DNA of 63,260 bases, filler included, from Octopus bimaculoides (taxonomy: Eukaryota), in NCBI RefSeq assembly GCF_001194135.2. It is 11 parts of 11 records of this genome, joined end to end, with 100 filler letters (N's around TTAATTAATTAA, not from the genome) between each part and the next. Parts side by side here need not be neighbours in the genome. Positions count along the whole stretch, not along the records: positions 43,537 to 56,005 come from NC_068988.1; positions 56,106 to 58,275 come from NW_026363148.1; positions 58,376 to 61,342 come from NC_068983.1; positions 61,443 to 63,260 come from NC_068984.1; 7 more parts are not named here. One strand, given 5' to 3'. Below, in pieces: positions 49,957 through 63,074 of the stretch. The first letter of the stretch is position 1. Every line of letters begins with the position of its first letter. Under the pieces are notes generated by a model. That model saw only the letters and a list, made by a program, of their open reading frames with translations. It was not told the origin of the DNA and did no database searches. A program made the position numbers and the translations under genes.

Positions 49957-51992
49957 TATACATATTTGTTCCTTTCGAAGCTAATTAAGTGTTCGTCTCA
50001 ATTCAGATGTTCTATGCTAAATACAAACACCTTTTGTCGACTAAAATGGCAGTGATGGAGCGACTCATCATCATTAAATATATAAACTCTACCAGCAGCA
50101 TTTAGTACTCTTTCTCCTGTTTGTAACTCTTCGGCGTTTAAGTATGTAATATTCTAGAGATAGACAGAATGATAAATGGATAAATTCAGTAGACGGTTAA
50201 TAGCTGTCAATATTTTAGAAAGAAAATTGCATATTGTGCACTTAATGCTTGTTTCCATCAAATAAATAATATATATGCATATGAGTGTCATCTGGGGAAA
50301 AAGAGTTAACATTTCACCAGTCTCCATGTCATTATATGATCGAATGTCTCTGTGTGTGTATGTGTATATGTGCGTGTGTATGTACATATGAACGTCGAAA
50401 TTCTGGCATCTCTGTGTGCTTTTTGTGTAAGTGTGAAGACAAATTGATGCCAAAAGATATGAAATCAAATCCATAGGAAAGTCTGACTGAAATTTATATG
50501 CAAGGAAAAATATCCAGGCAATTAGTTTTAGGCTTTTCCATATTAATTCAGGTTGGATGGACTACACTGCCATATAGGACGCAATGTCACGTGTCCAGAT
50601 GAAACGCTTATGTTGACAGCACGTCCTAAATCTAAAGTGATGTTTATGATTATAGAAATGGAGGAAACTATGCAAGAAAACTAAGAACGCATGGATTACG
50701 AAGTCATATGAATGGTGAAAAATATATAAATATATCATCAGATGACATGAGAGAAATATATAAGCAGGTATTTATTGATTCGGTAACAGCCACTTGATCA
50801 TTTCGCTCCAGGTGTTTATAATTGCTGAATGTTAATTCCTGAATATTTGCATTGGAAAAGCATATTACCATAGAGAAACCAAACTGTGCTGACCATTTTC
50901 AATTCCGGTGATTCGATGATTGTTTGAGCATTCAGTTACTTTGTTCTTAAAATCAACAAAAATCGTATGCATTTGCAAATAATATTGGTTTCAAATTTTG
51001 ACACAAGTCCGGCACTTTCTTGGAGGGGTAAGTCGGTTATATCAACACCAATACACAGCTGGTACTTATTTTATCGAACCGAAAAGGATCTCAGGCAAAG
51101 TTAACCTCGGGAGCATTTCAACTTGGAACATATAGCCGGAAGAAGTGTATGTCATTATTCAGTTTTATTTCAAGATTTCTTGACAATAGGGAAAGAGCCG
51201 ATTCCTAACCAAGATCGAAGACACCTTCATTGGAATTTCAACAACATCAACCGGGTATTTTTCTATGTATGCATATGCACATTTGTTCTATGTTATAAAT
51301 GTATTCTGATGCGTATAGTTGCTTGTCTAGACATGCTCATATATACTTAAATGATAAACCTCTGGAAAGTATTACAGATTTTTACAGTTCCGGTGATGAT
51401 GGCTTAGAACTGTAGTCTTCGAAAGTGCTTTGTTCTTTCTGGTTTCGAAAAGCTTCATTTCTCTAGATTGGTATTTAGGCAGTAAGTTACACAACATAGT
51501 GCCACAAATAACTACAGGTATAAATCATCTGCACTTGTAATCTGGATAGAGTAGTTATATGTCTGTCTGTCTCTATTTATGTATATGCACATTACCACAC
51601 AGACACATACAAACACACACATATAACACAGGGTACGTACGAATAACGGAAATAATACAAAACATGTGTTTGGATGCAATAGTAATATCAACATATTTCC
51701 GTATCCTTCTGAATATCCAATATCGGGATGGTCTATCCCGGTAGGCTGTTTCAAGTTTGTTGTTCCAGTATCATTCTCAAATATGATTTAGGCAGTATTA
51801 GTCAGGAAAATATCTATCTTTCAAATTAAGACCAGTTAAAAGTGTATATTTTCGCTAAGGAGTTACATAGGCCAGCGCATGATTTTGAATTAACACCGAA
51901 TGTACAGAATACTGGAGAATTACCGCATACAAGAGCAGTGGACCAACCAATGAAGCACCTACAACGAAGTTTCGGTGGAAACGTATTACAAG

Positions 51993-52026
<34 letters not shown>

Positions 52027-52134
52027 TACATATATATATACGTATGTATATATATGTATGTATGTATGTATTTATATATATGCATATATGTGTACATGTA
52101 CATATATGTATATATGCATGTATGTGTATATATA

Positions 52135-53295
52135 CGAGGGTCAGCTGAAATAGTTCTAGACTGACAAAGATACTCCCATGGAAGGTGATCAAAGGATGTT
52201 TATTCTCCAATATAGTACCCCTTGCAATCCATATATTTCTTCCATCGGCTTTGTAGGGCTTCGATCCCATTTCTGAAAAAGCTTTAATCCAGTTAGTCAT
52301 AAATGTATCATCAGCAGATATGACGTCATCATCACTGCCATACTGGTTCCCAACCAAGTCTTTTTGTTTTTTTCAATGATTAGGGGATGATAGACAGATA
52401 GGACCAAATCAGTAGAATAGGTAATGTTAACAAACAGTTCTCAATCAGTGATGCACAGTAGCCGTTGGAGCCAAAGTCTTAAGTGCTGGAGCATTGTCCT
52501 GATGAAGTAAGTTCCCCCTTCGTCAGTTTTCTGGGAGTTTGCTCTGCTTAATAATTCAGAACTGCCTCAGCCAGTTGGCATGGTACTTTCCATGGATGGT
52601 GTGTTCCTTTTGAAAATAGCCAATAAACAAAATGCCATTTTGCGTCCTAAAAACTAAGGCCATCACCCCTGCAGATGAAACGACTTTGGCATTCTTTGGA
52701 ACATATGAAATGGGGTGTTTCCACTACCTGGATTGTCTCTTTGTCAGCTGGATCAAAGTGATGACAGAAAAGCTCACAGAAAACGACAGTGATCAGACTG
52801 GTGCAATTTTGACACGGTGTCAGAAGATATGGCACCGATCAGACAGAAACCATCTTTATGTCACGTATATCATGCAACTCATGGATGTTATTTGATTTAT
52901 AGTGAATCACTTATCATACATAACGTGGTGATCACGGTCAATATTTTCCTGGGTGATTGATACTGAACGATTTCTAGAAGGGAGTTTTCAAAATTAATTA
53001 TTTTGAAAACTCCCGTCTACTTTTAAATTCAGCTGCCTAATTCTACATTATCGATGAAGTTTGAGTGTCAACACGTACTGTACCAGCCATGTCGGAATGA
53101 ATGCCCCTTTGATAAAACTATGATGCCAACTTTTTCCCATTTTCAAGAGACATCGCTACAAATTCAAATTGAAGCCATCCTTCAACAGTTAGATATCTGT
53201 TTACCAGTTAAAATGCAATGTAGTTATCAATAAGAACATTTGAAATTAATGTATAGAAGATTTCAAAACTCATATTCAGCCTATAATCCTTCTAT
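52135..53295 (-). mobile_element. Near full-length decayed mariner element
   Basis: Terminus TA-CGAGGGTCAGCTGAAATAGTTC at 52133-52156. Frameshifted motifs: AAEFK, QENIDR, VPYLLTP, HHFDP, SSAGVMALVF, GNQYGSDDDVISA. The far TIR near 53270-53295 is only weakly visible. Confidence 0.8.
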
Positions 53296-53691
53296 ATACT
53301 TGTGTATTCGTGTGCACGCGCGTGTGTGGTTGTCTGTGTGTATAAGAAGATAGAAAGGTAAAAAGATGTACACGCGTACACACACAAATATATATTTATA
53401 AACAGGCAATAACAAAACAGGCAAAAGGAAGGAGTGCACGGCAATTTATTAGTTTGACGCTCAGAAACAAAATCTCAGATCTTCGTCGAAAAGGAGAAAG
53501 TGGAAAGTCCAAACTAGGAAAAGAAATCGCCAACGAGGCGTGTGTAGTTGTATATATACAAACATACATACATACATACATACATACATACANNNNNNNN
53601 NNCATACATACATACATACATACATACATACATGGAGGCATGCATGCATGCATACATGCATACATACATACATACATATATGTAAATACAT

Positions 53692-54585
53692 ATTCTTTTA
53701 TTCTTTTGCTTGCTTTTGTTTCGGTCATTGTACAGCGGCCATGTTGGAGCACCGCCTTAAGGGATTTTGGTCGAAGAAATCGACCTCAGTACTTATTCTT
53801 TGTAGGCCTTCTACTTCTGTCGATTACTTTTGCTGAATTGCTAATTTACGCGGACGTAGCAACACCAACATCGGTTGTCAATCGTTCGTATGGGAACAAA
53901 GAATAACACAAAGGCACACACACAAATGTATACATATATAAATATATACATATATATATATACATACATACATACATAACATATTTTATATATATATATA
54001 TATANNNNNNNNNNNNNNNNNNNNNNNNNNNNNNNNNNNNNNNNNNNNNNNNNNNNNNNNNNNNNNNNNNNNNNNNNNNNNNNNNNNNNNNNNNNNNNNN
54101 NNNNNNNNNNNNNNNNNNNNNNNNNNNNNNNNNNNNNNNNNNNNNNNNNNNNNNNNNNNNNNNNNNNNNNNNNNNNNNNNNNNNNNNNNNNNNNNNNNNN
54201 NNNNNNNNNNNNNNNNNNNNNNNNNNNNNNNNNNNNNNNNNNNNNNNNNNNNNNNNNNNNNNNNNNNNNNNNNNNNNNNNNNNNNNNNNNNNNNNNNNNN
54301 NNNNNNNNNNNNNNNNNNNNNNNNNNNNNNNNNNNNNNNNNNNNNNNNNNNNNNNNNNNNNNNNNNNNNNNNNNNNNNNNNNNNNNNNNNNNNNNNNNNN
54401 NNNNNNNNNNNNNNNNNNNNNNNNNNNNNNNNNNNNNNNNNNNNNNNNNNNNNNNNNNNNNNNNNNNNNNNNNNNNNNNNNNNNNNNNNNNNNNNNNNNN
54501 NNNNNNNNNNNNNNNNNNNNNNNNNNNNNNNNNNNNNNNNNNNNNNNNNNNNNNNNNNNNNNNNNNNNNNNNNNNNNNNNNNNNN

Positions 54586-54635
<50 letters not shown>

Positions 54636-54790
54636 GTAACATGCGGTATACCGACGATCTTCTTTCAGATTCCGTCTAACAGATCCAATCACAAAGCTTT
54701 GGTCGGCCCAAGGTACCAAGTAGTGATACTGGACACAGAACCATGTGGATGGCAACAAAGTTTCTTACCTCACAAGCACACCACCACACA
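53692..54790 (-). mobile_element. SINE family B copy split by an expanded microsatellite and a long gap
   Basis: 3' half at 53692-53905 and 5' half at about 54640-54790, in consistent orientation. Confidence 0.7.
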
Positions 54791-55849
54791 CACACAGAAA
54801 CGCACAAACACACTCACATATAACTTTGTGTTTCTGTTCTCCCTCACCACTGTGCAATACGTAGCAAGCGTCTTGATCTGAAATCCAGAGCATTATCGCC
54901 AAAGTGAAACGAAGAGCAGAGTTCTGTAGGATTTGTTCGATTAAATCCTTTCAATACCGCAAATTGGCTGGTATAAATAAATAAATAATTAAAATACAAT
55001 ACATGCTCATTGACAACAAGGTGTGCAAGTCTGTGGGAATTCCAGTTTTACCTCTGTAGATTTGCATCAGTTTGATCTTTTTCCTTTAAACTGTTGAAAC
55101 TAATTTCGTGTTTCTATAATTCCGTAGGGTTCTTTCAACTAATGAGAATTATAACTGAAAACTAATAGGAATGGAATGAATGAAAAGAACTCAGCATTAC
55201 ATTTCTTTTCTCCTGGAGATTTTAATTGTGTACCAGAATCATGACAGCTTGCTGATTATGCGATATATATATATATAAATATATACATATATATATATGT
55301 GTGTATATATATTTATATATATGTATACACACACANNNNNNNNNNTATATATAATGCCTATGGCGATCATGACTAAAGTCTAAAAATCATCCTCCCTCTT
55401 CGTTTATACGCTCTCTCCCACTTTCTCGCCATGTATCTATCTATCTATCTATATATCTATCTATCTATCTATCTATTTATCTATCTATCTATTTGTTTAA
55501 ATACCTGTCTATATGCATGTACGCATGCAAGTGTGTATATGTGTTTGCGTGTGTGTGCGTGTATGTGTATGTGCGTGTATGTGTGTGCGTTCGTGTAAGT
55601 GTGTGTGTTTGTTGATAGGCAGATTTCGGCGTGTGTTTATAAAACAAAAATAGAAACTTTATGATTTGCTGTACTAACTAATATTTCACGAGTGTCTGCT
55701 TGTACATAATGGAGAAATCGGACAATTGGGTAAGGTAGAATGTGTGCTTTCTGTATAGTTACTTTCATAGAGGACTGCAGAATGAATGGTGATCTTATCC
55801 CATTGCCCGCCATGAGCCCCCCTTCGGGATCTGCTAAAAACAGTCTTAC

Positions 55850-55904
55850 GGACGGTTGTTCGTTGTATTTAAGCGGAATTGCTTATGCACATTGCATAAA
55901 CGAA
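55850..55904 (-). CDS. Candidate 55-nt exon, phase 1 to 2
   Basis: Acceptor CTCTGTTTATTTCCAG, donor GTAAGA. Only the phase-1 frame is open (RLCNVHKQFRLNTTNNR). Separated from the upstream exon by an artificial spacer. Confidence 0.3.
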
Positions 55905-56399
55905 CTGGAAATAAACAGAGTTTGAATGTTTAAATTCGTTATTTTCCGCATTATCAATATATATATGTATATATGTATGAATATTATATATATATATATA
56001 TATATNNNNNNNNNNNNNNNNNNNNNNNNNNNNNNNNNNNNNNNNNNNNTTAATTAATTAANNNNNNNNNNNNNNNNNNNNNNNNNNNNNNNNNNNNNNN
56101 NNNNNGTGTGTGTGTGTGTGTGTGTGTAAATATATTGTACCTTTCTTTGTTTTCTACGACAATTAAAAAAAAGAAACTACAGGAAACAATGTCTGAGTTG
56201 ACAGTGTTGAAAGACTTATTCTATATTCCACAAACTTGTCTAGTTACAAACTTTTGACTAACTTTGAGTTCGAATCCAGCTGGACAGCCGGAGCTAGAAG
56301 CATGCTGAACCGAAAAATTTCCTGATCCGAATCTTGAAAATCATTTCTGGCGTACACGTTCTATAACAGAATCCTTTCTGTATGCAGTGCACATCTTAC

Positions 56400-56412
56400 G
56401 GGTTTCCGCCAT
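56400..56412 (-). CDS. Candidate first coding micro-exon (M-A-E-T plus 1 nt), gene unidentified
   Basis: ATG GCG GAA ACC C|GTAAGA; phase 1 donor. Confidence 0.4.
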
Positions 56413-56581
56413 TTTCTTGTTTTTTTTTTTTAAATAAAAAAAGAGTACGAGGTGACGATACTGTTTATTTTGGTTGTTCATTTTCAGGGTGATCCAAAGC
56501 ATACAAAATACAGACTGTGTTGTCGCAAATTCGCGTCGAACTACGTTGAAATGTCAAGTATCTAACGAGTGCGCATGCGCA
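56400..56581 (-). promoter_or_regulatory. Putative housekeeping-type promoter and first exon
   Basis: Perfect NRF1-type palindrome TGCGCATGCGCA at 56570-56581. YY1-type AAAATGGCGG at 56406-56415 contains an ATG followed 13 nt later by donor GTAAGA. Local CpG enrichment. Confidence 0.55.
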
Positions 56582-57239
56582 AAGTATAGACTGAAGTTAG
56601 CTACTTATTAAAGTGACTGAAGTTTAGTGACGAGAAAAACGAAGCGGACATTTTGGTCAATCCAATGTTAGTATTAAAACCCTTTATAAACACACGACTT
56701 AGCATTAAACACACAGTTTAGTATTAATACCATTTATAAACGCACAACTACAGATGTTCAGAGACAAGAAATAACATATTTTTTTATTCCGTTCGTCATA
56801 TGAATTATGTTTACACGAACAGTGCAGCGCTTAGCAAAAGAATTAACTATCTGAAATATATAACGGATATAATGTTAAAATCATAACTGAAAGAGAAAAG
56901 ATATAAAAAAAGGAACGTTAACTCTTTAGCTTGCAGCATTAAAAAATCCCTGTTATCTCGTATTGAATTAAAATTAGTTTTCATTGATAAAAGAATCTTA
57001 AAAATCGCATTTTTATAAAAATATATCAAAATTAGAAATTTTTGAAAAATTTTTTCAGCCAGCGTAGATTAGCAATTTATTTCTTTTAGGAAAAGTTATA
57101 TAATTTCGACTAATTAATAAGCAGCTTTCTCCATTCTTTAAAAACAAATCTACTACGAAAAGAAAGTTGGCTAAAATATTTGATTTTATTGTGTGATTTT
57201 TAATCTCGTTTAATTCGCTCGGCGTACTAACGACACTGT

Positions 57240-57617
57240 GGAGGCGCAATGGCCCAGTGGTTAGGGCAGCGGACTCGCGGTCATAGGATCGCTGTTTCGA
57301 TTCCCAGACCGGGCATTGTAAGTGTTTATTGAGCGAAAACACCTAAAGCTCCACGAGGCTCCGGCAGGGGATGGTGGCGAACCCTGCTGTACTCTTTCAC
57401 CACAAATTTCTCTTACTTCCTGTTTCTGTTGTACCTGTAATTCAAAGGGTCAGCCTTACCACACTCTGTATCACGCTGAATCTCCCCGAGAACTACGTTA
57501 AGGGTACACGTGTCTGTGGAGTGCTCAGCCACTTGCACGTTAATTTCACGAGCAGGCTGTTCCGTTGATCGGATCAACTGGAACCCTCGACGTCGTAAAC
57601 GATGGAGTGCCAACAAC
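57240..57617 (+). mobile_element. Full-length tRNA(Arg)-like SINE family C (possibly the published octopus OR type; name unverified). Head fragment at 19041-19139
   Basis: A box TGGCCCAGTGG, anticodon-like GGAC-TCG-CGGTC, B-box-like GTTTCGATTCC, CAACAAC tail. A 13-bp TSD ACTAACGACACTG occurs at 57226-57238 and 57616-57628. Confidence 0.9.
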
Positions 57618-59864
57618 TAACGACACTGCAAGTTCGTTGCCCTAACCGAGTATTACACATCGTACAAGATGCGTTTATAAGCAAAATAAATGTGTAATTT
57701 GTTGTGTAATTGTAGAATAGACTCATTGAATTGCAGTTTACAGTTGATATTTCATTCGCAGATCTTTTAGGCTATTTTATTGGGGGAACCTTCAAGGCGG
57801 TACTCCATCAGGTGTACCTAATTATCAGGTTCTGATATATTGGTTTCAAATTTTGGCACAAGACCAGTAATTTCGCGGGAGGGGTTAAGCTGATTACATC
57901 GACTCGAGTGTTCAACTGGTATTTATTTTATCGACCCCTGTAAGGATCAAGGGCAAAATCGACCGCAGTGAAATAACCGAATAACTGAGACTGAATTCGG
58001 GAGATGAAACTGAAGGGACGACGCAGCAAGAGAGTAATCGTAGGTATTCAGTGGCTAAGCTTTCTATTTTTCCGGCGATCCATAAATTAAGTCCCCATTC
58101 AAATATGTGACCTCCCGTATGTCGTTGTGATATCATCTTTGTCGAGAAGCAATGTGTTTTGGATTATTTGTGAAATAAATCTTTGGTAAAAGAAATGGAG
58201 ATACAGGATATTTGAAACGCAGAATAGAATATGGCCTTGGAACAGTTATTTTATATATACCATGTAGAACAAGAANNNNNNNNNNNNNNNNNNNNNNNNN
58301 NNNNNNNNNNNNNNNNNNNTTAATTAATTAANNNNNNNNNNNNNNNNNNNNNNNNNNNNNNNNNNNNNNNNNNNNTTTTTTTTTTTTTTTTTTTTTTGCT
58401 CCAACATTAAATTTAGATCTTTCTATTCTCTTTATATCTAATGAAACACTTGAATATACACACATATACATACAGAAAATGCACATATACATCCTCGCAT
58501 GAACACAGACAAATATTCTCTTAGAATTAGTTTAAAATGTTATTTGTAAGAACAACAGGAAGAAGTTGAAGATTAAAAAAGAAAAAAAGATACATCTTTT
58601 CTAACTAAGCTCAAAATTTAGATAGTCAAAGAAAATTTTAGTCTCAATCAGCGCCATGAACTTTTCAGTGAAATAATCGGTAATTTTCCTGCCTGTAACA
58701 AGGATAACAATCTTTCCAAATCTGTTTTGTTTTTATAATCTAAAGCATTGTTAGAACAGTGAGTTTCAGTTTATATTCCTAGATTACAACTTGATTATAA
58801 GTTAAGAAACACAAAGACGATGAAAGTAAGAAGGGATACGAACTAGCATGCTTTGAAATAAATCACACACATCATACATACGTATATACAGACAGTGAAA
58901 CATAGAGATGCATTGTTACATACACTCACATACACTCATATGCACACACAGGCATGCACAGGTATATATACAAACATACATACATACATACACTGTACAT
59001 ACATGCATGTGTGCATTCATAGTTGAAAGATGTGTACATAGGTGTTTGCATATACATACACATATCTACTTGCATACACATGTACATACACACACACATA
59101 CATACATACATACGTAGATACATACATACATACACACGCAAAGCACTGCCTACACACAGACAATACATATCATGTACATACACACACACATATATATACA
59201 TACATATGCATATATATGCATATACACACATACATATATGCATATATACATATACATTCATAAATATACACATATATAGACATATACATCTATTCATTTA
59301 ATGTCTGTTATTCTTTGGGATAGGCAAGGACTTATTTGAGGCAAGAATTTTACAGTCAAGTCGGTCCATTGAACCATAAAACCATGCTTGAAACAAGTCC
59401 TTTCTTCTTTGGAATAATATGTTAAATGAATGAAGATCTGAATATATATATGTCTATGATTATATGTTCTTGTGTGTGTGTGTGTGTGTGTGTGTAATGC
59501 AATGAACACTATGAACAACGAAAGGAAAAAAGACCTTCATCAGAAGAAAGGAGAAAGGCATGAGGATTGGAAAAGAAAAGAGAGAGAGAAAGGACAATGA
59601 ATTATAGAGACGTAGGAATGCAGTTCTATGGAGAGACGATGCAGATATGTATATGCATGTATCCATGGATATAACATAGAGGAGTGCCATGGGGTGTATG
59701 TGTGTAGCACAGTGCATGTGCTAACATTCATTCCCCATGCTGGCATAGGTTCGTTAGTTCAAGATTTAGCAAGTAGAAGATATACTTGGAGCTCCAATGT
59801 ATATTTTTAGCATGGCTTCTACAACTAGATGCCCTTCGTAATGCCAATCACTTAACAGACTGTA

Positions 59865-60083
59865 TGAGGGGGTAGCATGCTGAAGCGTTCCTGGCTTTAG
59901 GTAAAAAAATACCGGTGGATCAGTTAATTATAGTTTTATTCAACATATTCTCCTCTCAGATTCAGACATTTATTACAGCAATGCTTCAGTTTTTTCTAAA
60001 CCCTTAAAAGAACTTGAAACGTTGGACCCCCGATCAGGCATTTTGTGATACCCTTAAAGCCAGGATTTTTTCAGTATCCCTCG
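59865..60083. mobile_element. Mariner-derived MITE, same family as 16012-16190
   Basis: TA-TGAGGGGGTAGCATGCTGAAGCGTTCCTGGCTTT ... AAAGCCAGGATTTTTTCAGTATCCCTCG-TA. Confidence 0.75.
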
Positions 60084-60245
60084 TACATGGGTTATTTTTC
60101 ATGGCATCAGCACTAGTGACATACCATGTAGTTCACAAGACCAGGAGCCTCATCGACTGAGCCACTACAATAAAGAGAGAAGCAGTTTTATGCTAGAAGA
60201 TGAGGAGGTTAAGGTATGAAAGAATCTACTAAAATAGAACAGGTT

Positions 60246-60696
60246 TCTTATTTCATTATTGCTCACAAGAGGCTAAACATAGAGGGGACAAACAAGGACA
60301 GACAAATGGATTAAGTCGATTACATCGACCCAAGCGCATAACTGGTACTTAATTTATCGACTACGAAAGGATGAAAGGCAAAGTCGACCTCAGCAAAATT
60401 TGAACCCAGAATGTAATGGCAGATGAAATACCGTTAAGCATTTTGCCCGGCATGCTAACGTTTCTTATTTCTTTATTGCCCACAAAGGGCGAAACATAGA
60501 GGGGACAAACAAGGACAGACAAAGGGATTAAGTCAATTACATCGACCCCAGTGCATAACTGGTACTTAATTTATAGACCCTGAAAGGATGAAAGGCAAAG
60601 TCGACCTCAGCAAAATTTGAACCCAGAAAGTAACGGCAGACGAAATACCACCAGGCATTTCAACTGGCATGCTAACGTTTCTGCCAGCTCACCGCC
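60246..60696 (-). mobile_element. SINE family A dimer with a 15-bp target-site duplication
   Basis: Two units joined at 60462/60463. ATAGAACAGGTTTCT occurs at 60234-60248 and 60701-60715. Confidence 0.92.
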
Positions 60697-61261
60697 TTAT
60701 ATAGAACAGGTTTCTGAATGCAGGCGTGCCACATGGCTACTCACATTATAGAAGAGAGAGTAAAAGTAACAAGAGAGGAGCTGGAAAGAGAGATAAAATA
60801 GATAATAGAAGTGATATTAATAAATTCAAAGCAGCTGAGATAGCTTCTGTTGCTGCAGAGGTTATTACAAATGAGACAGCATAAGACAATGGCTGTACAA
60901 GGGTTTGAATTGAAGTGGACATTCATCTAATATCTTAATCACACAGCACAACTGTATCTAACAAATTGCATGACTATTATACTTCCCTCCATTTACTTCA
61001 CCCACCTCCATCTGTTGCAACCAATAAATCACTGGTGCTTGATAGATACCTGATATATCTTCACATCCTAACATGTTGAGCTATCTGATTCTCTCTTCAT
61101 CACACCACAGAATGAGATAAATATATCAGTCTTTATCCAACTTTCACACAAAATAAGTTAGGTCACATAACTAATTCACTACAATTGTCCTTTTCTGTAT
61201 TAAATATAAATCTCAGAACTAAGCATAAAACTTTGACTAGAATTTATATATATTTATACAA

Positions 61262-61342
<81 letters not shown>

Positions 61343-61956
61343 NNNNNNNNNNNNNNNNNNNNNNNNNNNNNNNNNNNNNNNNNNNNTTAATTAATTAANN
61401 NNNNNNNNNNNNNNNNNNNNNNNNNNNNNNNNNNNNNNNNNNATATTTGTAGTTCTTTAGAAAAAGTGAAGAAACGGATTTAGAGAGAAACAGAGATTTA
61501 GATCGAAGGAGAGTAATTTAAAATATGAGGCGGTGATACAGACGAAGAAGTCCAAAGTGAGACATGTTGGAAGTGACAGACAGACTCTCAAGATATCTAT
61601 ATCTATCTATCTATATATATATATATATATATATATATAGGCAAATGAAGTGGTAAAACTGATGGAGAGCCGCAGCGATGGTGAAGCATCGTGCAGTTAT
61701 AAAGAAAAATGAAAGTGAATATGATTGCAATTTTTTTTTGTTTTAAATGAATGGCTTGCCCCACCTCTCATTCTCTCTTTTTACATACATTATACACAAT
61801 CACACACACACATTAATCTACATATTCATATGTGTGTGTATGAGCGTGTGTGTGTGTCTCTGTGTGTGCACACGCGAATACATACCATCTTGCATATATA
61901 TGTATATACGTTATATGGTTATTTGTTTATATATGTATTGTTATATCCATTGATAT

Positions 61957-62032
<76 letters not shown>

Positions 62033-62419
62033 ATGGGTGTGTATAAGTTGCATATAGATATATCGTAATATATAAGCACTTATATTACATACCACGCATA
62101 CACACCCACTCTCACACTCATATTTATGATGAACAGTTATGGCGTGCGGTGTTCGGCTATCTTCACAAAAGAGAGAATTTTTTTATGCAAAATTTTCGTT
62201 GAAGCTTTTTGTATTTTTTCATCTCCTACAGTGTCCTACAATTTCAGTCTCGGTGGGAATATTTCTGATTGAGGCATTTTAGAAAATGGTGGTTTTTCTT
62301 ACAACGAATTAATTCCACTCAGACATGAAGACTATGTGGTCAGTAGTATTCATTTTCTGTGGAGTGTGGACTTTGTATTAACGTTTGTAGTGTCGTGTTG
62401 CTGCATATGTTGGCAATGA

Positions 62420-62646
62420 CAGTGTAATTGCAACGGGTCCAGTTGGTTTGCAAGCGAGGTCCATAGAATATTTTTGTTAAAATTTATGAACAATAAATTG
62501 CTTATACTCCTACAATATAATTACTAACAATATTTAATTATTAATGTATAATACAATTTTTTAAACATCAAATGGCTATGATGTTCTACCCGAGTAAAAT
62601 AGGAATCGAGAGGTTCCTAGGAAAAAAAAATGGTTGAGAATCACTG
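62420..62646. mobile_element. Decayed hAT-like MITE; related sequence at about 16260-16470
   Basis: Ends CAGTGTAATTGCAAC and GGTTGAGAATCACTG resemble CAGTGGTTCTCAACC-type termini. No 8-bp TSD is visible. Confidence 0.5.
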
Positions 62647-62695
62647 GTTTAGAGAAAGGGTTTGTTTTTGCCATTACGAAACGAAAGTCAATAAT

Positions 62696-62776
62696 TTATT
62701 CGGGTAGTACTGAGTTTTCAGATAAACTCGTTCGTTTTTTCTTTCTTTTCTTTCTTGGCACTCGATCGTCACATAT
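62696..62776 (-). CDS. Candidate terminal exon with a basic NLS-like tract
   Basis: Acceptor TTTTATCTCTTTTCAG. ICDDRVPRKKRKKKRTSLSENSVLPE*. Phase 0 matches the upstream exon. AATAAA overlaps the stop codon. Confidence 0.45.
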   Translation of the reverse strand: MCDDRVPRKKRKKKRTSLSENSVLPE

Positions 62777-62952
62777 CTGAAAAGAGATAAAATTTATAAT
62801 AATTTCAAAGACGATAAACAAAAGTTGTATAAAAAGAATAGAGTTAGAAAAAAATACATAAAAGGCAGCAGTATTTTTCGTTATTTTCCTGATAACATCG
62901 GACAGGACGAAAGTAAATAAGGATGGTTGCGAAATGAATGAATTTATCTGAC

Positions 62953-63074
62953 CACACAATATAGGGCTGTATAGATTGTTGAGAATCTTGTTTCATCTTG
63001 AGAGACATCGGAGTAATTAAAACAGACGACATGATTACGTAATATTCTGCTATTCGGAGATATGATCGATACAG
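62953..63074 (-). CDS. Candidate penultimate exon of an unidentified gene
   Basis: Acceptor TTTCCTCCTTGCATTTTCAG. Open frame VSIISPNSRILRNHVVCFNYSDVSQDETRFSTIYTALYCV. The donor GTCAGA is weak. Confidence 0.45.

Noticed and set aside
51940-51995. Hammerhead-like CCAAUGAAG-CACC...GGUG-GAAACGUA
   Set aside because: The core has two mismatches (U4, G5) and stem I does not form.
55058-55157. Exon-like segment (minus) with a good acceptor and a GTAAAA donor
   Set aside because: All three frames contain stops, so it could at most be a UTR exon.
57240-57310. tRNA-Arg gene; likewise tRNA-like sequences at 37005, 42780, 17701, 19041
   Set aside because: These are SINE heads: no complete cloverleaf, they continue into SINE bodies, and one has a TSD.
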